Origin: Acidobacteriota bacterium | GTDB lineage: Bacteria; Acidobacteriota; Blastocatellia; Pyrinomonadales; Pyrinomonadaceae | Length of the DNA stretch: 64,000 bases | Direction of reading: 5' to 3' | Assembly (NCBI GenBank): GCA_020200235.1 | Contig: JAIVJC010000008.1 | Location: 449 to 64,448 of the forward strand | In this document: positions 39,913-49,857 of the stretch, one piece after another | Position numbering within the stretch: the stretch's first letter is position 1 | Layout of the letters: each line of letters starts with the position of its first letter | The notes under the pieces: generated by a model | Databases searched by the model: none | Told to the model about the DNA's origin: nothing | What the model saw: only the letters and a program-made list of their open reading frames with translations | Program-made: the position numbers and the translations under genes

Positions 39913-40020
39913 CGCTGTCTCCTTAATCGTCACCATTGCCCTTAAAAGAAGGGCGGGGACTTTAGCGCCGCCTTGACCACCCGCCGCGCTCCGAGCCTTT
40001 GACGGGTGAACGCACTCTTA

Positions 40021-43000
40021 TCAGAAGTAGAACTTCACGCCGAGCTGGATGATGCGCGGGTCGCGCGTCGATGTCACGGCGCCGAAGTTGCTCGCCGTCA
40101 CGTTCGTGCTGATCGCCCTGAAGTTCGTGTGGTTGAAAAGGTTGAAAGCCTCGCCGCGAAGCTGGAAGCGCGTCGACTCCCCGAGTCGCACGTTCTTCGT
40201 GACGGTGAGATCGACGCGCGAGGTCGGCGGTCCGCCGATGGTGTTGATGCTCGCGTTGCCGAGGACGTTCGGCACGTCCGTGGCTGTGGTCGCGGGGTTA
40301 CGCGAGAAGCAGTTGGTGTTGAACCACTGCTGCTGCGTGTGCGACCCGCCCTGATTCGGATCGCAGAGCTGGTTGGGGCGGTTGCCAGCAGTTGGAACGG
40401 GGATGGTACCGACGCCAGACGCGTCAAAGCTCGAGGTCGTGGCGGTGAACGGCACGCCCGTGTAATAGCTGACGATGCCGGAGAACTGCCAGCCGCCGAG
40501 CAGCCGCCCCTCCGCGCCGCGCTGATCCTTGAACCAAGGTAGCTCGTAGATGTAGTTGACGGAGAGGATGTGCCTGCGGTCGAGGTTCGCGCGCCCGTAG
40601 TCGAGGCGGATGTCGTAAGGGTTCTGCGGCGGGTTGGAGCGATCCGAGCGGTTGTCGGAGAGGTTCTTCGAGAAAGTGTAAGCCACGTTGACCTGCGACG
40701 CCCCCGTGAAGCGGTGCTGGAGGAACGTCTGGAGGCTGTTGTAGTTCGAGTTGAAGCGCGTCTGCACGATCTCGACCGACTGGTAGCCGCGGTAGGGGCG
40801 AATCTGGTTGAGGATGTTCGAATTCTGCGGGCTGCCGGCCGCCGCGCCGCCGACGAAGGCGATGCCCCGCTGCTGGCAGGGCACGATGGTGGTCGATCCG
40901 GCGGTCGCGTTCGAGCGGCAGTTCTGCGTCAGCGCGAAGCCCGGCGGAAGCAGGTTCAGATCGACAAGGCCCGGCAAGTGCGTCCCCTTCGAGCCGTAGT
41001 AGCCGACGGTCATCACGGTCTTCTGCGTGAGCTGGCGCTGAACGTCCAACGACCAGTGCTGCGTGTAAGGCGTTTGGAAGTTAGTCTGCACGCCGCGCAC
41101 GCGGCTGAACACTGTGGCTGAGGGCGTCCCCTCCGCCCCGGCGAGCGGGTTGTCGAGGCGCGTGTTGTTGATGGTGACTGTCTGCTGGTAGGTCGGGTTC
41201 AGACCGATGGCGTTCAAGTAAATGCCCAGAAGCACCTGATCGTGATAGATGCCGTAGCCCGTGCGGACGGCGGTCTTGCCGTCGTGGAACGGATCCCACG
41301 CCAGCCCAACGCGCGGCGCGATGTTCCCCTTGTCGGTCTTGACGACCTGCTCGCCCCATGGCGAGATAGTCGCGCCGGCGACGGGGTTGCTCGCGTTCAC
41401 GATGAAGCCGTTGTTCGGGTTGAAGGTGCCGCTGCGCGTGCCGCGGCCGTCAACGATGGGGGCTTGCGCCGGGTTGTAGAGGGCCGGGTCGAAGTTCGAG
41501 AGCCGACCGTTGAGGTCCACGGGCTGGCCGAAGACCGAGTAGCGCGCGCCGTAGTAGAGAGTCAGGTTAGGGCGCACGCGCCACTCGTCCTGCCCGAAGA
41601 GTTCGAGGTTCTTGGCGCGCAAGTCCGCCGTGAAGTCGAAACGCGCCTGCGTGAAGGTGGCGTTCGTGCCGACGAGGAAATTCGCAAAGCGCTGGATGTT
41701 CTGGTTGATCGTCGAAGCCGTGACGCCGGCCGGCAGCGTCGCGCTGAAGCCGCTGAACTGGCCCTCGTTGATGCCGGCGAGCGCGTTCTCGTTCTTGCGA
41801 TACCAAGAGACGTTGCCGCCGAACTTGGTGGTGTGCGTGCCGCGGAGCAGGCTCGTGTTGGCGTAGAGCGACTTGTTGAAGGAGAAGTTGTCGTAGGGAC
41901 CGAAACCGCCCAGCGCGGTGAACCCGTTGCCCGAGACGCTCGGCACGCGGTCACTGTCGACGGTGAACGGCAGCGCGACGCTGATCGGCGAGTTGTTCCT
42001 CGCGAGGAGCCCAATGTTCTCGCTCTTGATCGCGCCGTAAGAGAAGGAGTAACCGCCCTCGATGATCGCGCTCGGCGTGAGAGCCCACGTGGCGCGCGCG
42101 ACGTGCGAGCGCCCCGGCGACTTCGTCTGGACGGTGGAGACGCCGGGCAGTCCCGTCCCGCTGCTGAAGATGGCGTTGGCGTCGATAGACGGGATCGAGT
42201 CGTTCTGGAAGCGGTAGAAGCCCGACAGATTCTTGGTGAAGTTGTGATCGAACTTGATGAGCTGCTGGTTGAAGTAAACCTGGTTACGCGCCGTGGCGGC
42301 GAGCTGGAAGTTCGTCAGGTTCGGCAGCGGCAGATTGTTGTATATCTCGTTGACGTAAGACTGAGACACGGGGCTGATGCGGTTGGCGGCCAGTTGCGTG
42401 TTGGCGGGCAGCACCTCTGTGCACGTGCCCGTGGCGTTGACGGTCAGGCAGACGGGGATCGGGAAGATGCCCCTGCGCAGGTTGGCGTCCGGGACGGTCG
42501 TGATCGGGAGCGAAGGGTAGCGTATGTCTCGGCGGTACTCCATCGAGAGGAAGAAGAAGGTGCGGTTGCGCCCGTCGTAGAGAACGGGGCCACCCTCGCC
42601 GAAGCGCGGCAGGTAGAGTGGACCTGCGAACGTGCCGCCGAAGTTGTTGTAGCGCAGCGGGCGGCGGCGGGCGCGTCCCTCCGAAGTCAGCCCCGCGTTC
42701 GCGTTCTGGTTGGTGAAGTAGTCGTTGGCGTTCATCCGCTCATTGCGAACGAACTCGAAGAGCGTCCCGTGGAAGTCATTCGAGCCCGAACGGGTGACGA
42801 CGTTGACCTGACCGCCGCCGCTGCGGCCGCTCTCAGCCGGGTAGAGGCTGCGCAGCACCTTGAACTCGCCGATGGCGTCGACGCTAGGGTAGGTTTGGAT
42901 GGTGATGTTCGAGCCGCGGTCGGTCGTGTCGGCGCCGTCCACCGTGTAGGTGTTAGAGCTCTGGCGCGCGCCGTTGACCGAGATGGCCAGGATGTTGGGC

Positions 43001-43551
43001 GCGCCGTTGTTGGTGTCGGGATCGGTCGTGCCAACCTCGAACAGGTCGTCGTTGTTGTGCGAGACGCCGGGAGCCAGCGTGACGAGTTGCACCCAGTTGC
43101 GGTTGTTCAACGACAGCTCTCGCACCTGATCGCCGCTGATCAGCGTCGAGGCGGTCGGCGTGGTCAACTCGACCGTGAGTGGGTCGGCTTGGACCGTTAC
43201 GACCTCGGAGATGTTACCCGCCTCGAGTGCCACGTGGAGCGTGCGGCGCTGGTTCACGTCGAGCTTGACGTTGGTCTGGGCAGACTTCTTAAAGTTTGCT
43301 GCTTCGACCGTCACTGTGTAGACGCCGGCGGGCAGCGACGGCGCGGAGTATTCGCCGTCATCTCCCGTGGTGACCGTCCGCACCACGACCTTCTTTTCCT
43401 GATCGGTGATAGTGACTGTCGCGCCGGCGACGGTTGCGCCGGTCGAGTCCTTAACCGTGCCGTTGATCGTGCCGGTGACATCCTGAGCCGTGACGGCCGC
43501 AGTGCCGAGCGCGAGCGTGAGCGTGACGACCGATAAAATTCTTCTCAACAT
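40021..43551 (-). CDS. Oar-like TonB-dependent receptor 2
   Basis: GTINGTVKD, PSVDAIGEFKV, AESGRSGGGQVN, PRVGLAWDP and C-terminal VKFYF; GGAGG RBS. Confidence 0.92.
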   Translation of the reverse strand: MLRRILSVVTLTLALGTAAVTAQDVTGTINGTVKDSTGATVAGATVTITDQEKKVVVRTVTTGDDGEYSAPSLPAGVYTVTVEAANFKKSAQTNVKLDVNQRRTLHVALEAGNISEVVTVQADPLTVELTTPTASTLISGDQVRELSLNNRNWVQLVTLAPGVSHNNDDLFEVGTTDPDTNNGAPNILAISVNGARQSSNTYTVDGADTTDRGSNITIQTYPSVDAIGEFKVLRSLYPAESGRSGGGQVNVVTRSGSNDFHGTLFEFVRNERMNANDYFTNQNANAGLTSEGRARRRPLRYNNFGGTFAGPLYLPRFGEGGPVLYDGRNRTFFFLSMEYRRDIRYPSLPITTVPDANLRRGIFPIPVCLTVNATGTCTEVLPANTQLAANRISPVSQSYVNEIYNNLPLPNLTNFQLAATARNQVYFNQQLIKFDHNFTKNLSGFYRFQNDSIPSIDANAIFSSGTGLPGVSTVQTKSPGRSHVARATWALTPSAIIEGGYSFSYGAIKSENIGLLARNNSPISVALPFTVDSDRVPSVSGNGFTALGGFGPYDNFSFNKSLYANTSLLRGTHTTKFGGNVSWYRKNENALAGINEGQFSGFSATLPAGVTASTINQNIQRFANFLVGTNATFTQARFDFTADLRAKNLELFGQDEWRVRPNLTLYYGARYSVFGQPVDLNGRLSNFDPALYNPAQAPIVDGRGTRSGTFNPNNGFIVNASNPVAGATISPWGEQVVKTDKGNIAPRVGLAWDPFHDGKTAVRTGYGIYHDQVLLGIYLNAIGLNPTYQQTVTINNTRLDNPLAGAEGTPSATVFSRVRGVQTNFQTPYTQHWSLDVQRQLTQKTVMTVGYYGSKGTHLPGLVDLNLLPPGFALTQNCRSNATAGSTTIVPCQQRGIAFVGGAAAGSPQNSNILNQIRPYRGYQSVEIVQTRFNSNYNSLQTFLQHRFTGASQVNVAYTFSKNLSDNRSDRSNPPQNPYDIRLDYGRANLDRRHILSVNYIYELPWFKDQRGAEGRLLGGWQFSGIVSYYTGVPFTATTSSFDASGVGTIPVPTAGNRPNQLCDPNQGGSHTQQQWFNTNCFSRNPATTATDVPNVLGNASINTIGGPPTSRVDLTVTKNVRLGESTRFQLRGEAFNLFNHTNFRAISTNVTASNFGAVTSTRDPRIIQLGVKFYF

Positions 43552-43670
43552 AAGGCTGCCTCCAGTGGTGAAAGGGGGTGAACGACTGCAATCATCAGAG
43601 CGCCCGGACGCGATGGCGTCCGCCGCGCCGGAACAATTTCTCAAACTTTTTCGCGGCTCCCCGCCGCCGC

Positions 43671-45166
43671 TCATCGCGACGCGACCGCGGACGACGGCGG
43701 CGCGGCTCCCGCGCCGCGCAGCGCCGCGCCGGGGCGCGCCTCGGTCATGCGCGAGTCGGCGAAGACCTCCGCGCCGTTGACGACGACGTGGCTCAAGCCC
43801 GCCGGGTACTGGTGCGGCTGCTCGAAGGTGGCGCGATCCGCGAAGAGCGCGTCGTCGAAGACGACCACGTCAGCCGCGTAGCCCTCGCGCAGCAAGCCCC
43901 GATCCGTCAGGCGGAAGGTCTGCGCCGGCAGCGAGGTCATCTTCCTGACGGCGTCCTCGAGCGTGACGATCTTCAGCTCCCTCACGTAGCGACCGAGCAC
44001 GCGCGCGTTGTTGCCGTAGCCGCGCGGGTGCGGGACTCCGTCGCCGAGCCGGTGCACGCCCGAGTCCGACGCGATCATGGTGAAGGGCTCGCGCATGATC
44101 GCCTGCACGTCGCGCTCGTCCATGCTGTGGTAGATCATGCCGGCTCCGCCCGCCGCGTACATCTCGAGCATCTGCTCGATCTGGCTGTCGGCGTCCTTCT
44201 TCTTGCGCGCCTCGAGCGTGATCTGCGCGATGGACTTGCCGTTGAACGCGGGGTTCGGCGCGTAGCGCGCGACGACGGCGTAGGAGTAGTCCTTCTGCAT
44301 GCTCCGCTTGAGGGAGTCGCGCATCTCCTTGCGCACGCGCTCGCGCGTCGCCGGATCGCCCAGCCGCTTCTTCCCCTCCTCGCGCCCGCCTTCGAGGAGC
44401 CACGAGGGCAGGCGCGAGTCGAGCGAGGTCGAGCTCGCCGTGTAGGCGTACTGATCGACCGTCACGGCGAGACCGCGAGAGCGCGCCTCGCGCACGAGAC
44501 CGAGCGTCATCTGGCTCTCGCCCCACAGGCGCTTGGTGCTGATCTCTTCGCGTAAGTGCCGGGGACGTAGATGAGCCCCGTGGAGAGACCGACCGCGCCG
44601 TCGCGCATCGCCTGCTCGACGATCGACTCCATCTGCCGCAACTCGTCGGGCGAGGGCTCGCGGTTGACGAGCCCCATCACTTTCTGCCTGACCGAGCCGT
44701 GCGCGACGAGCGTGGCGAGGTTGACGGCGAGCGGCGTCTTCTGCGCGCGACCGAGGAACTCCGCGACGTTCGTCGCCGAGCTCCCGCAGTTGCCGGTGAC
44801 GAGCGTGGTCACGCCCATCCGCACGAAGTTCTCCGCCGCCGGCTGGTTGTAGATGCTCTCGACGTGCGTGTGCACGTCGATGAAGCCGGGCGCGACGATC
44901 TGGTTGCGCGCGTCGATGACGGCGCGAGTTTCCGCCGGGCTGATGCGGCCCACGCGCGCGATGCGCCCGTCCTTGATCCCAACGTCGGCGCGGAACCACG
45001 GGTTGCCCGTGCCGTCGACGATCCGCCCGTTCGTGATCAGGAGATCGTAAGCTGGCGCGCCCGCCTGCGGCGGCGGCTGCTGCCCGCGCGGGGTCGCGGC
45101 CGGACTTGCGAGCAAGGCGGCGACAAGCGCGGTGAAGATCAGACGCCGGGTGAATGTCTGGGTCAT
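43671..45166 (-). pseudogene. N-acyl-D-amino-acid deacylase (D-aminoacylase) with deletion plus frameshift near 44545
   Basis: IVDGTG, APGFIDVHTH, GNCG and GLSTGLIYVPG, then another frame with DQYAYTASST, SDSG, PHPRGYG and YAADVVVFD. The central segment is absent. Confidence 0.8.
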
Positions 45167-45631
45167 CAAGCTCACGCGGGAGGCGGACGCGCCACGCGTG
45201 CGTGCGCGCCTAAGCCATTTAATTAGAGTGTCTGGTTGCAGTCGGACGAAGCTCTAACGGGACGCGGCGGCGGACAAAGCCCCTCGGACGGACGCCGCTT
45301 TGGTATCAGCGCGCACATTCTAATGAACGTGCCTGCGATAATGAAAGCTAAAAGTTTTTATCTGCGGCATAAGGAGCTGTAATGTCACGGGCGCGCGCCG
45401 CGCCGCCCCCGACGACCGGCGCGCAGTGCGCCGGAGTGATATTTCGGGGGTGCAATTCATGTTCCGACGCGGCGCGATCGCGTTTCCTCTGGGGATTCGT
45501 CGCGTGCGGCTCACGCCTTACAAAAAAATGGACGCGCCCCTACGCTTTTTCGGATTCGACTACGAGCCGCGCGCCGCGAGAGTCGGGGGCGCGGTCGGGC
45601 GCGCGCGCGCGCGGCGGCTAAAACTTTTCCC

Positions 45632-45659
45632 TTGACGGTGAGCGCGCCGCCTGTATATT
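45632..45659 (+). promoter_or_regulatory. Putative sigma-70 promoter for TonB receptor 3
   Basis: TTGACG-N16-TATATT about 195 bp upstream of ATG 45854. Confidence 0.45.
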
Positions 45660-45853
45660 TTGCGTCATTCATTCTTGAGAGTGGCGCGCCGCCCGGCGCG
45701 GCTGTTGTGTTCGAAGGGCGGCGACTCGCAGAAGCGCGAATCATTTTCTCCAAACTCTTTCCGGCTCTCCGGCAGCGATCCTACGGCGCGGAGTTTCCCG
45801 CGCCTCCCAGCCTTCGCAGGCTTTGCTGTTTCCCACTTCCCAGGAGGTCTCTC

Positions 45854-48800
45854 ATGTCACGTATCATCCCGCGCGCCCTCTGCCTCGCCGCCGCACTCGT
45901 CCTCGCGGCGGGAACACTTTCCGCGCAGACATCAACCTCGCGCATCACGGGCACCGTCACCGATTCGACCGGCGCGGTCGTCGCGGGCGCGACCGTCACG
46001 GCGAAGAACGAAGCGACCGGCGTCACGCAGACGCAGGTGACGACCGACTCCGGTCTCTACGCCTTCACCTCGCTCCCCGTCGGGGCGTACACCGTCTCGG
46101 TGGAGCGGCAAGGGTTCAAGACTGCACAGCGCACCAACAACCAACTGCTCGTCAACACGCCGCTCTCCGTCGACATGGTGCTCGAAGCCGGCAACGTCTC
46201 CGAGGTCGTCACCGTGCAGGGCGGCGCGGAGCAGCTCCAAACCTCGAACGCCACCATCGGCAACGTCGTCGAGCAGAAGGCTATCGAGCAGCTCCCGCTG
46301 AACGGTCGCAACCCGCTCACCCTCCTCGTCTACGAGCCGGGAGTCGTGCAACGCTCGGCGGGAGGCGCGGGCTCCGGCATCCACGTCAACGGCTCGCGCG
46401 ACCGCGCCTTCAACGTGACCATCGACGGCATCGAGGCGAACGAATCGTCCGTGCCCAACCCGGTCTCGAACCTCTACCGCCTGAACCCCGACAACGTGCA
46501 GGAGTTCAAGGTCACGACCAACAACGCGACCGCCGAAGAGGGGCGCAACTCCGGCGCGTCGATCTCGGTGCGCACCCGCTCGGGGACGAACGAGCTGCAC
46601 GGCAACGCCTTCTACTTCCACCGCAACGACGCGCTCAACTCCAAAGAGTTCTTCGCCAACGCCCTCAACCAGCCGAAGCAGATCATCAAGCTCCACCAGT
46701 TCGGCGGCGAGGCGGGCGGCCCCGTCATCCGCGACAAGACGTTCTTCTTCGGCAGCTACCAGATGAACCGCGTCTCCTTCACTCAGGCCATTGACCAAAC
46801 CTTCGGCGTGCCCATCGTCTACACGGGGCTCGCGCGCCAGGGCATCTTCCGCTATTTCGTGCCCGACCCGGCGAACCCGCTCGTCATCAACGGCACGACC
46901 ATCACGCGCAACAGCCGCCTCCTCGTCGATTCATCGACGGGCAACCTCGTCTCCGGCGTGAGCCTCTGCTCGACGCCGACGCAGTTGCGCTGCGTCCGCA
47001 CCTACAACGTCCTCGACCCGGCGAACAACACGGGCGGGCGCACCTTCGATCAGTCGGTCGCCGCCCTGATCAACCGCTACCCCGCGCCGAACAACTTCAA
47101 CGTGGGCGGCGACGGTCTCAACACCGGCGCGTACCTCTGGAACCCGCCGACGAAGATCAAGGGGCCCGCCTACATGGCGCGCATCGATCACACCTTCAAC
47201 CAGTCGAACAGCATCTTCGGCCGCTACCTCTTCTCCGACTACAACACGCTCGAAGGCGATCCGCTGAACGGCAGGCCGCAGGTCTTCCCCGGCTTCGCGC
47301 CGCTCGGCGAAGTTTACCGCCGCACCTCCGGTCTCGCGCTCAACTACCGCCACGTCTTCTCGCCCTACATCACCAACGAGGTGACGGTCGGCTACGGGCG
47401 CTTCCAGTTCCTCTTCACGCAGGGCGAGGCGAACCCCGACTTCCCGAACGTGCCGCCCTTCGACTTCAACAACCTGAGCGAGCCCTACAACAACACGCCG
47501 CGCACGGCGCGCGCCGTCACCACGCCGCAGATTCTCGACAACCTGACGGTCGTCCGCGGCGCGCATGTCATAGGCGCTGGCGCGAACATTCGCGTCTATC
47601 GCCACGTCGATCAGCGCGGTCAGCCGGGCGGCATCAACGTCACGCCCGCCATCGACTTCGCGCCTAGCCGCCGCAACCCGTTCGCCGCGGGCGGCGGCTT
47701 CACCACGGCGGCGAACATCGACACCACCACTGACATCACGACCCTTCGAGGTCTCATCAACAACGTCTTCGGTCTGCCTGCCCGCATCCAGCAGACCTTC
47801 ATCTCTAACCTCAACCAGGACGTCTTCCTGCCCTTCAAGGTCGGCGATCAGGTGACGCTCTTCGCCGAGCAACACAAGCTCAACCAGTTCAACTTCTACG
47901 CGCAGGACGAGTGGAAGGCGCGCCAGAACCTGACGCTCAGCTACGGCTTGCGCTGGGAGATTAACCCGGCGGCGACCACCGTCGGCGGCTCAGTCCTGCG
48001 ACCGACGACCGCGATCACGAACCAGACCGTCACGTTCGCGCCCGCCGACACCTGGTACGACACCACGAAGTTGGGCGTCTTCGGACCGCGCCTCGGTCTC
48101 GCGTGGTCACCCGCCTTCAAGAGCGGCCCGTTCAAGTCGCTCTTTGGCACGAACAGCCGCAGCGTCATCCGCCTCGGCTACGGCATCGCCTATGACACGA
48201 TCTCTTCGTTCCAGGTGACAGCCGCCGCCGGGCGTGTCCCCGGCTTACTCGTTACCTGTTCATCCACCTTCAACAATACGACGCAGACCTTCAGCACCGC
48301 GACTAACGGCTGCGTGCCGCCGACGAGCACGAGCCTCGCAGGCGGCTTCCCGCTCCTGTTGTCCCCGCCGACGACGAAACCCTCTTCATTCCTGACGCTA
48401 CCCGTCCAAACCGTCAATAACGCGCCACCCGTGACGGTTTTCGCACCCGAGATGAAAGTCCCGACGGTGCACCAGTGGAATGTCTCGTTCCAGCGGGAGT
48501 TGCCGGGCGGCTTCGTCGGGCAGATGGCATACGTCGGTCGCGCGGGCAACCGCCTCTTCATGGCGTACAACATCAACCAGATCAACTCCGATCCGATCCT
48601 GCCGTCGTTCCTGTTGCTACAGGAGAACGTGCGCCGCGGGTGTAACCCGGCGGGCACGGTCTGCGTCGGGGGCGCGACCCCGATCCCGGCGTCGCAAATT
48701 CCGCTCATCGGTCAGCTCAACGCCCTCGGCGGCGGCACCGCCGGCGTCACCTTCGTCAACTCGGACGACGTGGTGGGCGACCTCAGGCTCAACGCGGCGG

Positions 48801-49720
48801 GCGCGACCGTCGACCGCATCGAGCAGAATGCGGCGTTCCTGCCGCTGCGTCTCAGACGCAACCAGCAGTTCTCGACCATCACTTACCTCGACAACAGCGG
48901 CGCGTCTAACTACCACTCCGCGCAGTTCACCTTGCGCAAACGCTTCGCCGCCGGTCTCGGCTTGAGCGCGGCTTACACCTTCGGCAAGTCGATCGACAAC
49001 CAGTCGGTCGATCCCGTGGGCGCGGCGTCGGGCGGTGGTCTCTCGCAAACCAACTCGCGCACGCCGACTGACATCCGCAACTTCCGCGAGGAGCGCGCCC
49101 GCTCTGACTTCGACCGCCGCCACGTCTTCACGATGACCTCTTCGTGGGAAGTGCCCGTCGGCAAGGGTCGCCGCTTCCTGGCGGACTCCCCCGGAATCGT
49201 CAAAACCCTTCTGGGCGACTGGAGCATCAACGGCATCTTCAACGCGATGTCGGGCGAGCCCTTCTCGGTGCGCAGCGGCGCGCGCACGTCCAACTCGGCT
49301 CACGAGTCTCGCGCGGCGGTCCTGAACTTCGTCCAACCGGAGTTGCAAGACCTCCCGAACGTCCGCGGGCCCGTGCTCTTCCCGAACGCGAACAACTTCG
49401 CGCTCCCGCAGCCGGGTACGAACGGGGCGGGGCGCAACATCTTCACCGCGCCCGGCTACTGGAACCTCGATCTCTCCTTCATCAAGTTCTTCAACGTGAC
49501 GGAGCGGCTCAGGGTGCAGTTCCGCACGGAGATGTTCAACGCGCTGAACCACGCGAACTTCGACAATCCGCGCGATGCTTCGGTCGGCAGCCCGAGCTTC
49601 CGCTCCGACGTGTTCGGGCAGACCTGCTGCGCTGCTGTCGCGCCCCCTTCGGCGCAGACCATCATCCAGACGGGCGAGTCGTCGCGCGTCATCCAGTTCG
49701 GTTTGAAGATTCAGTTCTAG
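45854..49720 (+). CDS. Oar-like TonB-dependent receptor 3
   Basis: AGGAGG RBS; signal peptide; LPLNGRN, VQEFKV, YAQDEWK, PRLGLAWSP and C-terminal LKIQF. Confidence 0.92.
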   Translation: MSRIIPRALCLAAALVLAAGTLSAQTSTSRITGTVTDSTGAVVAGATVTAKNEATGVTQTQVTTDSGLYAFTSLPVGAYTVSVERQGFKTAQRTNNQLLVNTPLSVDMVLEAGNVSEVVTVQGGAEQLQTSNATIGNVVEQKAIEQLPLNGRNPLTLLVYEPGVVQRSAGGAGSGIHVNGSRDRAFNVTIDGIEANESSVPNPVSNLYRLNPDNVQEFKVTTNNATAEEGRNSGASISVRTRSGTNELHGNAFYFHRNDALNSKEFFANALNQPKQIIKLHQFGGEAGGPVIRDKTFFFGSYQMNRVSFTQAIDQTFGVPIVYTGLARQGIFRYFVPDPANPLVINGTTITRNSRLLVDSSTGNLVSGVSLCSTPTQLRCVRTYNVLDPANNTGGRTFDQSVAALINRYPAPNNFNVGGDGLNTGAYLWNPPTKIKGPAYMARIDHTFNQSNSIFGRYLFSDYNTLEGDPLNGRPQVFPGFAPLGEVYRRTSGLALNYRHVFSPYITNEVTVGYGRFQFLFTQGEANPDFPNVPPFDFNNLSEPYNNTPRTARAVTTPQILDNLTVVRGAHVIGAGANIRVYRHVDQRGQPGGINVTPAIDFAPSRRNPFAAGGGFTTAANIDTTTDITTLRGLINNVFGLPARIQQTFISNLNQDVFLPFKVGDQVTLFAEQHKLNQFNFYAQDEWKARQNLTLSYGLRWEINPAATTVGGSVLRPTTAITNQTVTFAPADTWYDTTKLGVFGPRLGLAWSPAFKSGPFKSLFGTNSRSVIRLGYGIAYDTISSFQVTAAAGRVPGLLVTCSSTFNNTTQTFSTATNGCVPPTSTSLAGGFPLLLSPPTTKPSSFLTLPVQTVNNAPPVTVFAPEMKVPTVHQWNVSFQRELPGGFVGQMAYVGRAGNRLFMAYNINQINSDPILPSFLLLQENVRRGCNPAGTVCVGGATPIPASQIPLIGQLNALGGGTAGVTFVNSDDVVGDLRLNAAGATVDRIEQNAAFLPLRLRRNQQFSTITYLDNSGASNYHSAQFTLRKRFAAGLGLSAAYTFGKSIDNQSVDPVGAASGGGLSQTNSRTPTDIRNFREERARSDFDRRHVFTMTSSWEVPVGKGRRFLADSPGIVKTLLGDWSINGIFNAMSGEPFSVRSGARTSNSAHESRAAVLNFVQPELQDLPNVRGPVLFPNANNFALPQPGTNGAGRNIFTAPGYWNLDLSFIKFFNVTERLRVQFRTEMFNALNHANFDNPRDASVGSPSFRSDVFGQTCCAAVAPPSAQTIIQTGESSRVIQFGLKIQF

Positions 49721-49735
49721 TCTTCGACCGCTCAC

Positions 49736-49784
49736 ACGCAAAGAGAGTGGCGCGCCAACCAAAGGCGCGCCACTCTCTTTGCGT
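49736..49784. terminator. Bidirectional intrinsic terminator
   Basis: Perfect 21-bp stem acgcaaagagagtggcgcgcc/ggcgcgccactctctttgcgt between convergent genes. Confidence 0.85.
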
Positions 49785-49857
49785 TCGACTAATTCGATCT
49801 ACCTCGCACGAGCTGGCGCGGGCGTCCGCCGTCTCGACTGCCCGCGCGCCCCGCGCC

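Noticed and set aside
41242..43536. Long antisense and alternate-frame ORFs (for example 41242-43536, 4473-6002, 29485-31488, 38413-39909)
   Set aside because: They are expected shadows of high-GC3 coding genes and carry no recognisable motifs.
45176..45850. ncRNA or small ORFs in the long divergent intergenic region (also 14711-15250)
   Set aside because: Only promoter-like AT-rich patches were seen; no convincing structure or coding signal by eye. An Rfam search would be needed.
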